Assembly (NCBI GenBank): GCA_031430915.1
Contig: JANPCL010000110.1
Coordinates: 1,204 to 65,203, forward strand
Origin: Hyphomicrobiales bacterium
GTDB lineage: Bacteria; Pseudomonadota; Alphaproteobacteria; Rhizobiales; Aestuariivirgaceae
Direction: 5' to 3'
DNA length: 64,000 nucleotides
Shown: piece by piece, positions 44,901 to 53,995 of the stretch
Numbering within the stretch: position 1 is the stretch's first letter
Layout of the letters: each line of letters begins with the position of its first letter
Position numbers and translations under genes: made by a program
The notes under the pieces: model-generated
What the model was told of the DNA's origin: nothing
Database searches by the model: none
Seen by the model: only the letters and a program-made list of their open reading frames with translations

Positions 44901-46279
44901 AAATGAAACAGGGCAATTATGCTTTGTTGCGCTTCAGGTTCGAGGTAGATCAGCAAGTTCCGGCACGTCACCAGATCAAGGTGCGAAAATGGTGGATCAC
45001 GCAAAAGATTTTGCGGCGCAAACACCACCATGCTGCGGATGTCTTTTTTGACCTGATAAGTGGCATCAAGCTTGTCGAAAAATACGCGTTGGCGGGTGGC
45101 GGAAAGTCCAGTGACTGCCGCAGCAGGATAAATGCCGTCACGCGCAGTTTTAAGATTGTCTTCGCGTGCATCCGTAGCAAAGATTTTCACATCAAATTTC
45201 TTGCCAACAATAATCGCTTGTTCGCTGATCAGCATGGCAAGCGTATAAGCTTCTTCGCCCGTGGAGCAGCCGGGCACCCAGGCCCTGATGGATGCCCCTG
45301 ATTCTCGTGCGGCAACCAAGGGCGCAATCACGAGAGTGGCAAGGGTTTTCCACGCATCAGCATCGCGAAAGAAACTTGTGACGTTGATCAGCAGGTCTTT
45401 CACCAGCAGTGGTGCTTCTTCAGCATTGGCGCGAAGATTGTTCATATAATCATCAAGCGTGTCTATGTTTTTGAGACCCAACCGACGCTGGATGCGGCGT
45501 TGCAGAGTGCTGCGGCGGTAATTGCGAAAGTCATTTCCAGTGCGGGTAAAAAGCAGTGTCAGAATTTGGTCTATGGTTGGCTGGGCGACAGGTGCGGCGG
45601 TTTCACCATTGTGGGGGTCAGCGATATATTCCTGGTTGATGTAGCTGACCAAAATCTCCGGCATCGCCTCGGGTGCCACGATGTGATCAGCCATGCCCGC
45701 CGCGATGGCGCTGCGCGGCATGCCATCAAACTTCGCAGTCGCCGGGTCTTGGATGAGAATAAGACCGCCTGCTGCTTTGACTTCCTTCAAGCCGTCGGTG
45801 CCATTGCTTCCCGTGCCAGAAAGAACAATGGCGATGGCGCGTTCACCCTGGTCAGCGGCCAGCGACCTGAACAACACATCAACCGGGTGCCGGTGGCCGC
45901 GGCTTTCCGCGGGCTCAACCAGTTGCAGCGCGCCATTGCTCACCGTCAAATCCTTGTCAGGTGCAATTACATAAACCTTGTCAGGTTCGATTGGCATGTT
46001 GTCAGCCACCTGCACGACGGACATGCTGGTGTGACTGCTCAGAACATGGGCCATTTGGCTTTCACGCGTAGGGTCCAGATGCAACACAATGACAAACGCG
46101 GCGCTACTGTCAGGCGGCAAGGCATCAAAAAACCGGCTCAGCGCTTCAACGCCACCGGCAGATGCACCGATTCCAACAATCAAGCCTGTTTTGGCCACGG
46201 ACAGAGAGTCAGATTTTTCATCAACTGTGGGTACAGTTGATTTATCAAAAGGTGCGCTCTCGTCGGCATGAATGTTCAT
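41939..46279 (-). CDS. CheB methylesterase-CheR methyltransferase-coiled coil-PAS(x3-4)-HWE histidine kinase fusion
   Basis: The start is placed at MNIHADES (46279), because the longer ORF runs into the neighbouring gene. CheB block GIGASAGGVEAL and CheR block AWVPGCSTGEEAYTLAM are present, then an NEEL-repeat coiled coil and PAS repeats. The kinase core carries HRVKNTLAIV, typical of HWE/HisKA_2. Confidence 0.85.
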   Translation of the reverse strand: MNIHADESAPFDKSTVPTVDEKSDSLSVAKTGLIVGIGASAGGVEALSRFFDALPPDSSAAFVIVLHLDPTRESQMAHVLSSHTSMSVVQVADNMPIEPDKVYVIAPDKDLTVSNGALQLVEPAESRGHRHPVDVLFRSLAADQGERAIAIVLSGTGSNGTDGLKEVKAAGGLILIQDPATAKFDGMPRSAIAAGMADHIVAPEAMPEILVSYINQEYIADPHNGETAAPVAQPTIDQILTLLFTRTGNDFRNYRRSTLQRRIQRRLGLKNIDTLDDYMNNLRANAEEAPLLVKDLLINVTSFFRDADAWKTLATLVIAPLVAARESGASIRAWVPGCSTGEEAYTLAMLISEQAIIVGKKFDVKIFATDAREDNLKTARDGIYPAAAVTGLSATRQRVFFDKLDATYQVKKDIRSMVVFAPQNLLRDPPFSHLDLVTCRNLLIYLEPEAQQSIIALFHFSLEEGGTLLLGNTETLGRHEAMFEIISKKWRMFRRAGPARLEIINFPVLRGIAHLSKTNEGPAPQLTTGLPAPAGEIARRALLEHFAPAAVLIDRNCRVVYFHGSTGHYLEQPTGEPSKDLFLMTRDGLTGKLRATVRTAVAENRNIQVSVNIKHGTTLSPVQVTVSPLAAGSTGHGHILISFAPEVVDSSGANKVASNNLVSDTTLQDELKALRNELQNTIEHLETTNEELKASNEEATSMNEELQSTNEELETSKEEMQSFNEELHTVNSQLQHKVRELEDSANDLNNLLAGTETATLFVDAKLCVKWFSPGTRELFDFIVSDVGRPISHFARKFDDEKLLPDAEKVLRTLIVVEAEVKAADGRWFLRRMLPYRTLDNHIAGVVITFIDVTAHKGATDASDEARIYAQAIVETIRQPLLVLDESLHVVSTNTSFQTMFEMTERDSIGQLVFDLAKGDWNFPKLQELLDLVIRENQHFNDIEIEHQFDSVGHLCMLVNGRKLVRGNGRPSLILIAIEDITDRKNAEYALRQSETQYRELFNSIDEGFCVLEKIEATATTPIDFRYIDVNPAFERHAGHGGVKGKTIRETSPLEPEDWYSIHDQVLTSGQPIRHQHSLDSRNKFLELYEFPLNSEKKNRLAIIFQDITEKKLAAEVGLKLTALVGSSDDMIASMDAEGNFTSWNAGAERMFGYTAEEILYKQSSVLLNPGQNSVKSQIFDQFERGGENVHIEAERQRKDGSTVWVSATISPLIAANGKIEGASIIARDITQRRRSEAHREILVGELNHRVKNTLAIVSAIASQTLTGAVSVKTANEAFSARLMALSRAHDLLMHGNWSGTDLASVVKATIEPHNGGQNRFSVEGAYVPLQPALAVTFSLALHELCTNAAKYGALSVQEGFVNVAWHIHGDISNARLQLTWTESGGPNVVTPTRKGFGSRLIQKALAMELTGEVSVSYEPTGVICTINAPLPPGHLKDEIIDVNFQD

Positions 46280-46443
46280 ATAGACCTTCAAAGTCCCAAA
46301 ACTTCTGTGAAAAAAGCTGTTTCCTGATGGGATATCGCCATTACACCCTTTTCCAGATTTTAATGCATCAAATCGCCAGTTCACACCCCTGTCCAGGCTT
46401 TGCGATAGCTTGCAGCAGCACTTTTTAGACTTGGCAGGTCTGG

Positions 46444-47544
46444 TTATTTTTGCCTGACGTCCACAAGATCTGACCCCGGTTTTGCCACTTTGCCTTTTCT
46501 GGCTTGAATCACCGAATCTGCAAGGCTTCCAGCCGCATTGCGGACTTCGTTTTGAATATCGGTATCTTCGTCCAATGCCGCATGGCTGGTCGCATAGGGT
46601 TGCCAATAGCCAATATAGCGATCAATTTCAGCACCATGGCCGCCGGGCAGCATTTTCATGAACTGCAGCCAGTCCGATAATGATCGCCGCACGTTCTCAA
46701 CGCCAGCCACATCGCCGTGCACGACAACTGAAAAGAACCGTCCTTCAAGGTGACGCGGATAGGACCAACCCTCCAACTCAATTTTCTTGGCAAGGGATGC
46801 GTCCTTGCCGTCGGTCAGAGTGGGATCAGAATTGCCACCATCGGCGCAAACCAATCTGTCCATCATCAGTTTGATAGGCGACGTGACCTGATACCAGTTC
46901 ACCGGAGTGATAATCATCACACCGTCCGCAGCCACCCACAGCGGATAAATCTCATTCATCCAATCCTGCGTCTGACCAAGCGCGTGATTTGGGTAGCAAG
47001 AACACGGCCAATGACACAGTGGTGCCGCAGTTGAGAAACAGGCTTTGCAGGGATGAATGTTGCGACCATATTCAGATGCCAATCGGGACAAATCCAAAAC
47101 ATCCACTGCCAGAGAAAATTCCCTCTCGAAGACGTGTTGGGCAAGCTCGACGAGTCTGAAACTTTTGGACATTTCACCTGGGCAGGTGTGCTCGCTTCGT
47201 GATGAACCATTGATCAGCAAAATTCGGGGCGTGTGCTTTTTGGAATCGTGGCGTTTTGTGGCAGCGTTAACAGCAACATGCGTTGCGATCCAATCCACCG
47301 ACAATTCGTAACTGGGGTCGGCGTATTTGGAGCCCGCTTTGCGTGTGATTGGGCTTTTGCGACCGTCCTCATATGCGTTCCAAGCGACCTCCGAAATTTT
47401 ATCGAGTTCGACTTTCAAGGATTTAAATTCCGGATCGACGAATTGGCTCAGATATCGGTTCTTGAATTCAGCTTCAGAAAGTTCGGGGCTGGGCATGCCT
47501 TCCCGGGGCTTCACGGAATTCTTTACGCTGTGTTGCTTCCCCAT
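46444..47544 (-). CDS. NAD(P)H-dependent FMN-reductase-like flavoprotein with a Cys-rich insert
   Basis: The start is placed at MGKQHS (GAGGGTGGG RBS). It has a flavodoxin-like core (ILLINGSSRS...GVMIITPVNWYQV) and a Cys cluster (HPCKACFSTAAPLCHWPCSC). Confidence 0.6.
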   Translation of the reverse strand: MGKQHSVKNSVKPREGMPSPELSEAEFKNRYLSQFVDPEFKSLKVELDKISEVAWNAYEDGRKSPITRKAGSKYADPSYELSVDWIATHVAVNAATKRHDSKKHTPRILLINGSSRSEHTCPGEMSKSFRLVELAQHVFEREFSLAVDVLDLSRLASEYGRNIHPCKACFSTAAPLCHWPCSCYPNHALGQTQDWMNEIYPLWVAADGVMIITPVNWYQVTSPIKLMMDRLVCADGGNSDPTLTDGKDASLAKKIELEGWSYPRHLEGRFFSVVVHGDVAGVENVRRSLSDWLQFMKMLPGGHGAEIDRYIGYWQPYATSHAALDEDTDIQNEVRNAAGSLADSVIQARKGKVAKPGSDLVDVRQK

Positions 47545-47589
47545 GTTCCCACCCTCGGCCAAGTAAAATTTAAACTGGCTTAGATCACC

Positions 47590-47614
47590 AATGCGGCATA
47601 GCCCGGAAAGTTCC
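47590..47614 (-). promoter_or_regulatory. EcfG-like promoter, near match (GGAAC-N16-CATT)
   Basis: Sense strand GGAAC-tttccgggctatgccg-CATT, ending 45 nt before ATG 47544 and just downstream of the terminator at 47655-47686. Confidence 0.3.
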
Positions 47615-47654
47615 ATGGCCAATTGAAATATCTGTAGATCAAAAACACCTCACA

Positions 47655-47686
47655 AAGAAAATGCCTCCAACGTTGGCGTTGGAGGC
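47655..47686 (-). terminator. Rho-independent terminator
   Basis: A 10-bp stem GCCTCCAACG/CGTTGGAGGC (47663-47672/47677-47686) with a 4-nt loop is followed on the minus strand by ATTTTCTTTG. Confidence 0.65.
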
Positions 47687-47804
47687 AAGTCGGGGCAGGG
47701 ATCTTCAGCGGTTCTCGCGGGGGGGCAAAACGCTAAAGACTATTCCATAACGCTCGAAGTCAAATTCTGTTCCCTTGCTTTGATTCGCACATTGCAGACT
47801 CAAG

Positions 47805-48113
47805 TTAGCGTGTTTTGGGGATGATCGGCGTTGGAGAGTCTTCATCATCACCCGCTTCGGCGTCATCAATATCGTCGGGGTCAGGCTTGGACTTGGCACC
47901 ATCGACATTTGATGGGGTTTCAGTGTTTCCATAGTTTCCAATCGGCTCAATCTTTTTTGGATCAATGATCTCTCCATCTGGAATCGGAATATCGACGGGA
48001 TCCATCTCTTCGGCACGTCGTTGGCCCAGATAGATTGTTTCATCATTTGAAACGACAGGGCGACCGAAAATTGGGGGCGTATTTACTGATTCCTGTACAG
48101 GTTGATGTTTCAT
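47805..48113 (-). CDS. Hypothetical acidic protein
   Basis: The start moves to MKHQPVQES (48113, AGGGAG RBS) because the promoter lies inside the longer ORF. The C-terminus is Asp/Glu-rich. Confidence 0.5.
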   Translation of the reverse strand: MKHQPVQESVNTPPIFGRPVVSNDETIYLGQRRAEEMDPVDIPIPDGEIIDPKKIEPIGNYGNTETPSNVDGAKSKPDPDDIDDAEAGDDEDSPTPIIPKTR

Positions 48114-48161
48114 AATATGCTCCCTTCTGAAGGCATGTTCTTGGGTGTTTGACTGAGTTAA

Positions 48162-48187
48162 AACGCCATGCTGCTTCAAAAAGTTCC
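48162..48187 (-). promoter_or_regulatory. EcfG-type general-stress promoter (perfect GGAAC-N17-CGTT)
   Basis: Sense strand GGAAC-tttttgaagcagcatgg-CGTT, ending 48 nt before ATG 48113. Confidence 0.6.
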
Positions 48188-48385
48188 CAGCTCATTGCGC
48201 TGCTGGTTTTGGGCTCGGAACATTCCCTCTCTTTTGACGTTCAAGTCATGCAGTCCGCGTGTCAACCGAACGCGACGGTATGAAGAACAAGGCGGTTTTT
48301 CCGGTTTCCCGCTTTGGCCAACGCAACGGCAGCCGAGCTTCTATCCCGCCCGCGGAATGTTTAATTTACACACTGACCGTGACGC

Positions 48386-49741
48386 TCACTGTGCAGCGTC
48401 TGCTGCCACGCCCGATTTTGAAACGCGCCAAATCTTGTTGCCAACATCATCAGCCACCAGCAAAGCACCAGTTTTATTGATCGCAACGCCAACCGGTCTG
48501 CCTAAAGCCTTCAAGTCAGTTGAAAGGAATCCAGTTAAGATATCTTTTGGCACGCCTGAAGGCTTGCCATTGGTGAATGGCACAAAGACCACCTTGTACC
48601 CACTGTGTGGTTTTCGGTTCCATGAGCCATGCTGGCCTACGAAGGCGCCATTACTCAATTCCGGGCCCAAAGCTTCGCCGGCGTTGAACGTTAATCCCAA
48701 TGATCCGGTATGAGCACCCAATGCATAATCCGGCATCAGTGCTTTCTCGACTAGATCAGGACGCTGCGGCGTCATCCGCACATCAACGACTTGGCCATAG
48801 TAACTGTAGGGCCAGCCATAAAATCCGCCGTCTTTCACGGACGTCATGTAATCAGGCACGAGATCGCTGCCAATTTCGTCACGCTCATTCACAGCAACCC
48901 AAAGCTCTTTACTCTCCGGATTCCACGACAGACCGTTGGGATTGCGCAAGCCAGAAGCAAACAAGCGCGTGGTCTTCGCCTCAATATCGATTTCCAAAAC
49001 AGCCGCGCGATTAACTTCAGCTTCCATACCGTTTTCGGCGACGTTGCTGTTCGAGCCCGCTGTTGCATAAAGTTTTTTACCATCGGGGCTGGCGATCACA
49101 TCTTTCGTCCAATGATGATTGATCGCGCCGGCTGGTAGATCGACGAGTTTTTCGCCAGGTGCTGTGATTGAAGTGGCCCCTGTCACATACGGAAATGCAA
49201 CGATGGCATCGGTATTGGCCACATAAAGTCTATCGGCAACCAGCGTCATGCCGAAGGGCGAATTCAGTCCTGTGAGAAAGGGTGTTTTGAGTTCGGCAAT
49301 GCCGTCGCCATCGACATCGCGCAACAAGGTAATGCGATTGGCGCTCGGCACACCAGCACCAGCTTTCGCCATGACCTTGCCCATCACCCATGCCTTAATG
49401 CCGGGATTATCTTTCGGTCCCGGCGGCTTATTGGATTCGGCAACCAAAACATCGCCGTTTGGCAACACGTGAATCCAACGTGGATGATCCAGGCCACCAG
49501 CGAATTCATTCACGGCCAGCCCCGTCGTGGCAACAGGCATGGCACCCGCTGGCCATGGACTTGCTGGCGCAATGTTGACGGTTGGGATGAACGTGGCATT
49601 TGGTTCTGGCAAAGCAGGATTCGGTCCATAACCGTGCTCGACAGACACGCTTGCAGATTCCCGTGAGATCAAAAACACAAGTCCAACACCAACCACAATA
49701 AGTGCGGTTCCCGACAGCGCTGCAACAAGCAATTTTCTCAT
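48386..49741 (-). CDS. PQQ-dependent sugar (sorbosone/aldose) dehydrogenase, exported
   Basis: The start is placed at [11 protein letters not shown] (signal/TM anchor). Beta-propeller blocks are typical of soluble glucose/sorbosone dehydrogenases ([31 protein letters not shown]). Confidence 0.85.
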   Translation of the reverse strand: MRKLLVAALSGTALIVVGVGLVFLISRESASVSVEHGYGPNPALPEPNATFIPTVNIAPASPWPAGAMPVATTGLAVNEFAGGLDHPRWIHVLPNGDVLVAESNKPPGPKDNPGIKAWVMGKVMAKAGAGVPSANRITLLRDVDGDGIAELKTPFLTGLNSPFGMTLVADRLYVANTDAIVAFPYVTGATSITAPGEKLVDLPAGAINHHWTKDVIASPDGKKLYATAGSNSNVAENGMEAEVNRAAVLEIDIEAKTTRLFASGLRNPNGLSWNPESKELWVAVNERDEIGSDLVPDYMTSVKDGGFYGWPYSYYGQVVDVRMTPQRPDLVEKALMPDYALGAHTGSLGLTFNAGEALGPELSNGAFVGQHGSWNRKPHSGYKVVFVPFTNGKPSGVPKDILTGFLSTDLKALGRPVGVAINKTGALLVADDVGNKIWRVSKSGVAADAAQ

Positions 49742-49778
49742 GACGTTCTGCACTCCAAGTGTTGATCCCAATTGGGTA

Positions 49779-49803
49779 AACGCCGTTCCAGCCCTGTTGT
49801 TCC
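49779..49803 (-). promoter_or_regulatory. EcfG-type general-stress promoter (perfect GGAAC-N16-CGTT)
   Basis: Sense strand GGAAC-aacagggctggaacgg-CGTT, ending 37 nt before ATG 49741. Confidence 0.6.
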
Positions 49804-49830
49804 AGGTAAAGCAGATAAGAAAGGTGCAGG

Positions 49831-50088
49831 TCAAAGATAAATCGGCAGGGCCTGCCAGACAATTGCGATTGATGATATCAGACTCCCCCTGCGCACAATG
49901 GTCGTCTGCCATGAACCCGCGTTAACGCTGGTGATGAACAAATACATATTGGCACAAAGCCCAAGGCTTGTCAGAATTGGCACTATAATTTTGAGTGTCG
50001 AAGGAGCAAATTCCGCGGATAAATATACCCCCCCGAAATGCATGACCCACACAAGCAGCGGGGCCAAAAGATACGCCCAGGTTTTCAT
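49831..50088 (-). CDS. Small membrane protein, candidate extra oxidase subunit
   Basis: 85 aa with three hydrophobic helices. Its ATG lies 1 nt after the CoxI/III stop, which suggests coupling. Confidence 0.5.
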   Translation of the reverse strand: MKTWAYLLAPLLVWVMHFGGVYLSAEFAPSTLKIIVPILTSLGLCANMYLFITSVNAGSWQTTIVRRGSLISSIAIVWQALPIYL

Positions 50089-50089
50089 G

Positions 50090-52627
50090 TCAATTGGCTG
50101 CCATCAACATGCGTGTGATGACAGCCACTGCCAGCCCCTGGGCAGCGGTGTATGCGAGTATCAATCCACAAATATCGATAACAACACTTTTCGGTTTTGT
50201 GATCAATCCGGCCCATGCCCGGGCAGCAACGTAAAACGACGCAATCACACACACCACAATCAACGACGCTTGATGCGCCATCATGCTAAAGACAATAGCG
50301 CCTTGGCCGCTGGCTTCCGGAAACAAACCAGCCTGACGCCAACTCGCTAAATCTAACAGTTGCGCCGCGACGATCAATACACAAGCTGATGCCAGACAGC
50401 CCACTGTCATCAACATGTTCTCGGTTTTCAGCAGCAGCCATCTTGCGCCGATTGAAAAAACAAGCGCCATCACACCCAGAACAAATATGTGGGTGGAACT
50501 CATCAATGCAGGAGGATTGATCCAAAATTTGTTTTGATTGGTCCACAAGAACAAAAGAGCAAACACGGCCATGCTAAAGATCATGGCGAAGACGACTAGC
50601 ATTGCGAACGTCGCCCACACACCGTGATTGAGCCTGCCTGCGCTGTACGTTGGAACCTCGATACCAGCGCCAATATCAGCCGTCTTCATCTGAATGGGGC
50701 GATCCGTTTCCCACAGCCATATGAGAATTGAAACAATGGCGAGAATTCCACTTGTGAGTGCCACAACATTCGCCTGAACAGTCAACAGTAAAAAGAATCC
50801 GGACGTGAACAATCCAGCTGTGATCGGCCACATCGAAGGTCCGGGCAGCACCAGCAATTGTTGAGGCTCTGCAAGTATGGGGCTCGTTATTATCGTTTCC
50901 CGAAAGCCCGTGGCTGAGCGGGGAAGAAAATAGCGGCCCTGCTCCACATTTTTTGAAAGTTCCACATCATCCCACAAAGGTTGACGGGATTTCACCACGG
51001 GAATGCTGCGCGTGGAGTAAAGATAGGATGGCAACCATTCCATCGTTCCGCCACCATAAACGTTGCCCGCATTGCCGCCGCCCGGCGTGAAACGGAAATT
51101 GCGGATAACGTCAATGATAAACACCCCAACGCCAGCGGCCAGTAGAAATGCACCACAGGTGGCCAAGAAGTTCAGTGTTTCAACCTGTTGGGCTGGCAGA
51201 TAAGTATAAACCCGGCGCGGCATGCCCATCAATCCGGCAAAATGCATCGGCATGAATGTCACATGAATGCCGGCAAACATCAGCCAGAACACCCATTTTC
51301 CCATACGGTCCGAGAGGGGATGCTTACTCACCGCTGGCGCCCAAAAATAGAAGGCTGCAAACAATGGAAATACCATTCCTCCAAACAGCACATAGTGCAG
51401 GTGAGCAACGATAAAGTAAGTGTCATGAGCCTGCCAATTGAACGGCACAAAAGCCAACATCACACCTGTCAGACCGCCCGTGACGAAGACGACGACACTG
51501 CCAATGGCAAAAAGTCCCGGCGCGTTGAGTTTGGGACGACCAGCTGCAAGCGTCGCGATCCATGAAAATACCAGTGTGCCTGCAGGTATTGTGACGGCGG
51601 TGCTTGCAGCAGAAAAGACGCCAACCGATACATCGGGAATACCCGTTGCAAACATGTGGTGGGCCCACACGCCAAAACTTATAAAACCGGTGGCCAACAT
51701 CGCAAGAACAACAAGCGGGTAGCCAATCACATCGCTGCGCGCGATCGCGCAAATCACCATGGTGAGCATGGCAGCACCCGGCAGAAATATGATGTAAACT
51801 TCCGGATGACCAAAGAACCAGAACAGATGTTGCCACAGTAACGGATCACCTCCACGCGTGGCATCAAAGAACGGCCAATTGAAAGCTCGCTCAAGTTCCA
51901 GCAACAGCGTTGCAAGGATCACCGACGGAAAACCGATGATGATCATCACAGACATCACCAACAAGGCCCATGCGAGGATTGGCATCTTGTCAAGCGACAT
52001 GCCCGGAGCCCGCGTGCGCGAAATGCCGACAATAAATTCAATGGCTCCGGCAATTGCAGAAATTTCAATAAAGCCAATTCCCAACAACCAAAAATCTGCA
52101 CTTATGCCGGGTGAATAAATCCGCCCTGTTAACGGTGGATACATGAACCACCCGCCATCAGGTGCGAGCCCGATGAAGATTGAGGCAAAAAACGATGTGC
52201 CGCCAAACAGGTAAATCCAAAAGGCATAGGCCGACAATCTGGGAAATGGCAGATCCCGCGCACCAATCATCTGCGGCAAAAGCAAAACACCAACTGCCTC
52301 CACTGCAGGAACTGCAAACAAAAACATCATGACTGTGCCATGCATGGTGAAGACTTGATTGTAGACTTCAGGTGACATGAACTCCTGCGCCGGGGCAGCA
52401 AGTTGAACCCGCATTAACAACGCGAGCACACCGGCCAAAATGAAAAACACGAAAGCCGTCACCAAATAATAGAAGCCGATATAATTGTTACTCACGGCTG
52501 TCAGACAATGCCAACCTGTAGGCGCACACCAGATCTTTTCGAGTTCCGCAAGATCCTCCTTGGTGCCTGGCTTTTTGGTGGGGAAGCGGTCGTAGAGGCT
52601 TTCGTCGAATTTGAATTTTCCGGTCAT
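50090..52627 (-). CDS. Cytochrome c oxidase subunit I fused to subunit III
   Basis: 845 aa. The haem-copper oxidase core (WFFGHPEVYIIFLPG, HHMF, VAHLHYV) is followed by about 250 aa of additional TM helices, as in I+III fusions. Confidence 0.9.
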   Translation of the reverse strand: MTGKFKFDESLYDRFPTKKPGTKEDLAELEKIWCAPTGWHCLTAVSNNYIGFYYLVTAFVFFILAGVLALLMRVQLAAPAQEFMSPEVYNQVFTMHGTVMMFLFAVPAVEAVGVLLLPQMIGARDLPFPRLSAYAFWIYLFGGTSFFASIFIGLAPDGGWFMYPPLTGRIYSPGISADFWLLGIGFIEISAIAGAIEFIVGISRTRAPGMSLDKMPILAWALLVMSVMIIIGFPSVILATLLLELERAFNWPFFDATRGGDPLLWQHLFWFFGHPEVYIIFLPGAAMLTMVICAIARSDVIGYPLVVLAMLATGFISFGVWAHHMFATGIPDVSVGVFSAASTAVTIPAGTLVFSWIATLAAGRPKLNAPGLFAIGSVVVFVTGGLTGVMLAFVPFNWQAHDTYFIVAHLHYVLFGGMVFPLFAAFYFWAPAVSKHPLSDRMGKWVFWLMFAGIHVTFMPMHFAGLMGMPRRVYTYLPAQQVETLNFLATCGAFLLAAGVGVFIIDVIRNFRFTPGGGNAGNVYGGGTMEWLPSYLYSTRSIPVVKSRQPLWDDVELSKNVEQGRYFLPRSATGFRETIITSPILAEPQQLLVLPGPSMWPITAGLFTSGFFLLLTVQANVVALTSGILAIVSILIWLWETDRPIQMKTADIGAGIEVPTYSAGRLNHGVWATFAMLVVFAMIFSMAVFALLFLWTNQNKFWINPPALMSSTHIFVLGVMALVFSIGARWLLLKTENMLMTVGCLASACVLIVAAQLLDLASWRQAGLFPEASGQGAIVFSMMAHQASLIVVCVIASFYVAARAWAGLITKPKSVVIDICGLILAYTAAQGLAVAVITRMLMAAN

Positions 52628-53556
52628 CGCAGCTGCTCCAAATAGGCAGAAATCTCCTGCAACTCTTCGCCGGTCATCATGTTGTAACGCGGCATGCGGT
52701 TACCCGGTTTGATGGCCTGACTATCAGCCACCCAGCCTGCCAAAGTGCCGCGATTGTTGGGCAGTATACCAGCGCCGAGTTTGTGCCGCGCTCCAACAAA
52801 TGTGAGGTCCGGTCCAGCTTCTCCGTTGGCAGCGGTTCCGCGCACCACGTGACAAGCGGCGCATCCGATTGTGAGAAACAGTTCAGCACCTTTTTGCGCC
52901 AAAACATTCTGCGGCGGTGGCGGGGCCTTCTGCCTTTTTAACAGCCACTGATCAAAATCAACTTTGCTATGGGCAATGACTGTTAGCCCCATCAAAGCAT
53001 GGGGACCGCCGCAAAACTCGGCACATTGCCCGTGATATATGCCGGGCTTATCTGCCGACAGGTGAAGAATGTTGCGCCGTCCTGGGATCATGTCTTTCTT
53101 GCCACCCAACTGCGGCACCCAGAAACTGTGAATCACATCAGCTGAAACAAGTTCCAATGCAACAGATTGGCTAACCGGAATGTGCAACTCGTTTGCATCT
53201 CGCAAAGTGATCTGACCATCACTCGAAATATATTCAATCCGCCACCACCACATCTCGCCCGTAATTTGAACACGCAGACTGGGTGTGTCAGCACCACTCG
53301 AAAGCGTTCGCGTCAATACCAAACTGTAAGCCAGCAAGGCTGTGAGGACGACGACGGGCGCGGCAAAACCTGCAATCAATATCGTACTATGTTTAGCGAG
53401 GGTGTTTCGCCATGTGGTTTTACCAAAAACCGAAATCAACAGTGCACCACAGACCACCAAAAATACAACGGCAACAACTGCAATCAACAGCCAAGAAAGA
53501 TTTGCAATCTGAGTAGCATCAGAACTTGCAGGGTCAAGCACGAGTGGCCAATTCAT
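52624..53556 (-). CDS. Cytochrome c oxidase subunit II with C-terminal cytochrome c domain (caa3-type)
   Basis: 310 aa with a CuA site (HSFWVP...CAEFCGGPHALM) and a CAACH haem-c motif near the C-terminus. Confidence 0.9.
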   Translation of the reverse strand: MNWPLVLDPASSDATQIANLSWLLIAVVAVVFLVVCGALLISVFGKTTWRNTLAKHSTILIAGFAAPVVVLTALLAYSLVLTRTLSSGADTPSLRVQITGEMWWWRIEYISSDGQITLRDANELHIPVSQSVALELVSADVIHSFWVPQLGGKKDMIPGRRNILHLSADKPGIYHGQCAEFCGGPHALMGLTVIAHSKVDFDQWLLKRQKAPPPPQNVLAQKGAELFLTIGCAACHVVRGTAANGEAGPDLTFVGARHKLGAGILPNNRGTLAGWVADSQAIKPGNRMPRYNMMTGEELQEISAYLEQLR

Positions 53557-53930
53557 TGCCCTGCCTCCGTTTGCAATGTGAGCAGGTAATCCGCAATGTC
53601 TCGCGCCTGTTGCCGGGTCATGATGATGGGCGGCATTGCGCCCTTGTCAACATAGGCGGTTGCGTTCTGAATGAAGGACGCCACTGTGTCTCGATTGTTA
53701 GGCAGTACGCCTGCAACGAAGGCCCGATTGCCAAAGCCGACCAGCGACGGGCCGACATGTGATTGTGGCCACGACACGCCAGGTATGACATGGCAAACGC
53801 CACAGCCTAAGTCTTCCAAGGCGATGAGTCCGGTGTCGCCACGTCGTGCAACGCCTGATGTTTGCCCGTCACTGCACCCTGCGATGGCAAGCATGGCAAG
53901 CAAAAGACCAACTCGCTTTGCAATGCGCAC
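53553..53930 (-). CDS. Monohaem cytochrome c lipoprotein
   Basis: 125 aa with a lipobox (LAIAGC), a CGVCH haem motif and a distal Met region. It overlaps coxII by 4 nt. Confidence 0.75.
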   Translation of the reverse strand: MRIAKRVGLLLAMLAIAGCSDGQTSGVARRGDTGLIALEDLGCGVCHVIPGVSWPQSHVGPSLVGFGNRAFVAGVLPNNRDTVASFIQNATAYVDKGAMPPIIMTRQQARDIADYLLTLQTEAGQ

Positions 53931-53965
53931 ACAGATTTCCTTCCAAAAACGTATTAGACGGAAGG

Positions 53966-53990
53966 AACGGAACTCGCTCGAAATTGTTCC
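53966..53990 (-). promoter_or_regulatory. EcfG-type general-stress promoter (perfect GGAAC-N16-CGTT)
   Basis: Sense strand GGAAC-aatttcgagcgagttc-CGTT, ending 35 nt before ATG 53930 of the oxidase operon. Confidence 0.6.
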
Positions 53991-53995
53991 ACCCC

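Noticed and set aside
46280-46606. N-terminal 109-aa extension of the giant kinase ORF (start at 46606)
   Set aside because: The extension overlaps the 3' end of the flavoprotein gene and is Cys/Arg/Lys-rich with no domain. The CheB domain begins soon after the internal MNIHADES start at 46279.
53965-53995. Plus-strand GGAAC copies (53965-53969 and 53970-53974) as the promoter of the dihaem cytochrome c gene
   Set aside because: The best -10 candidate (TGTT at 53986-53989) ends only about 6 nt before ATG 53996. These GGAAC strings are better explained as part of the spacer of the perfect minus-strand promoter.
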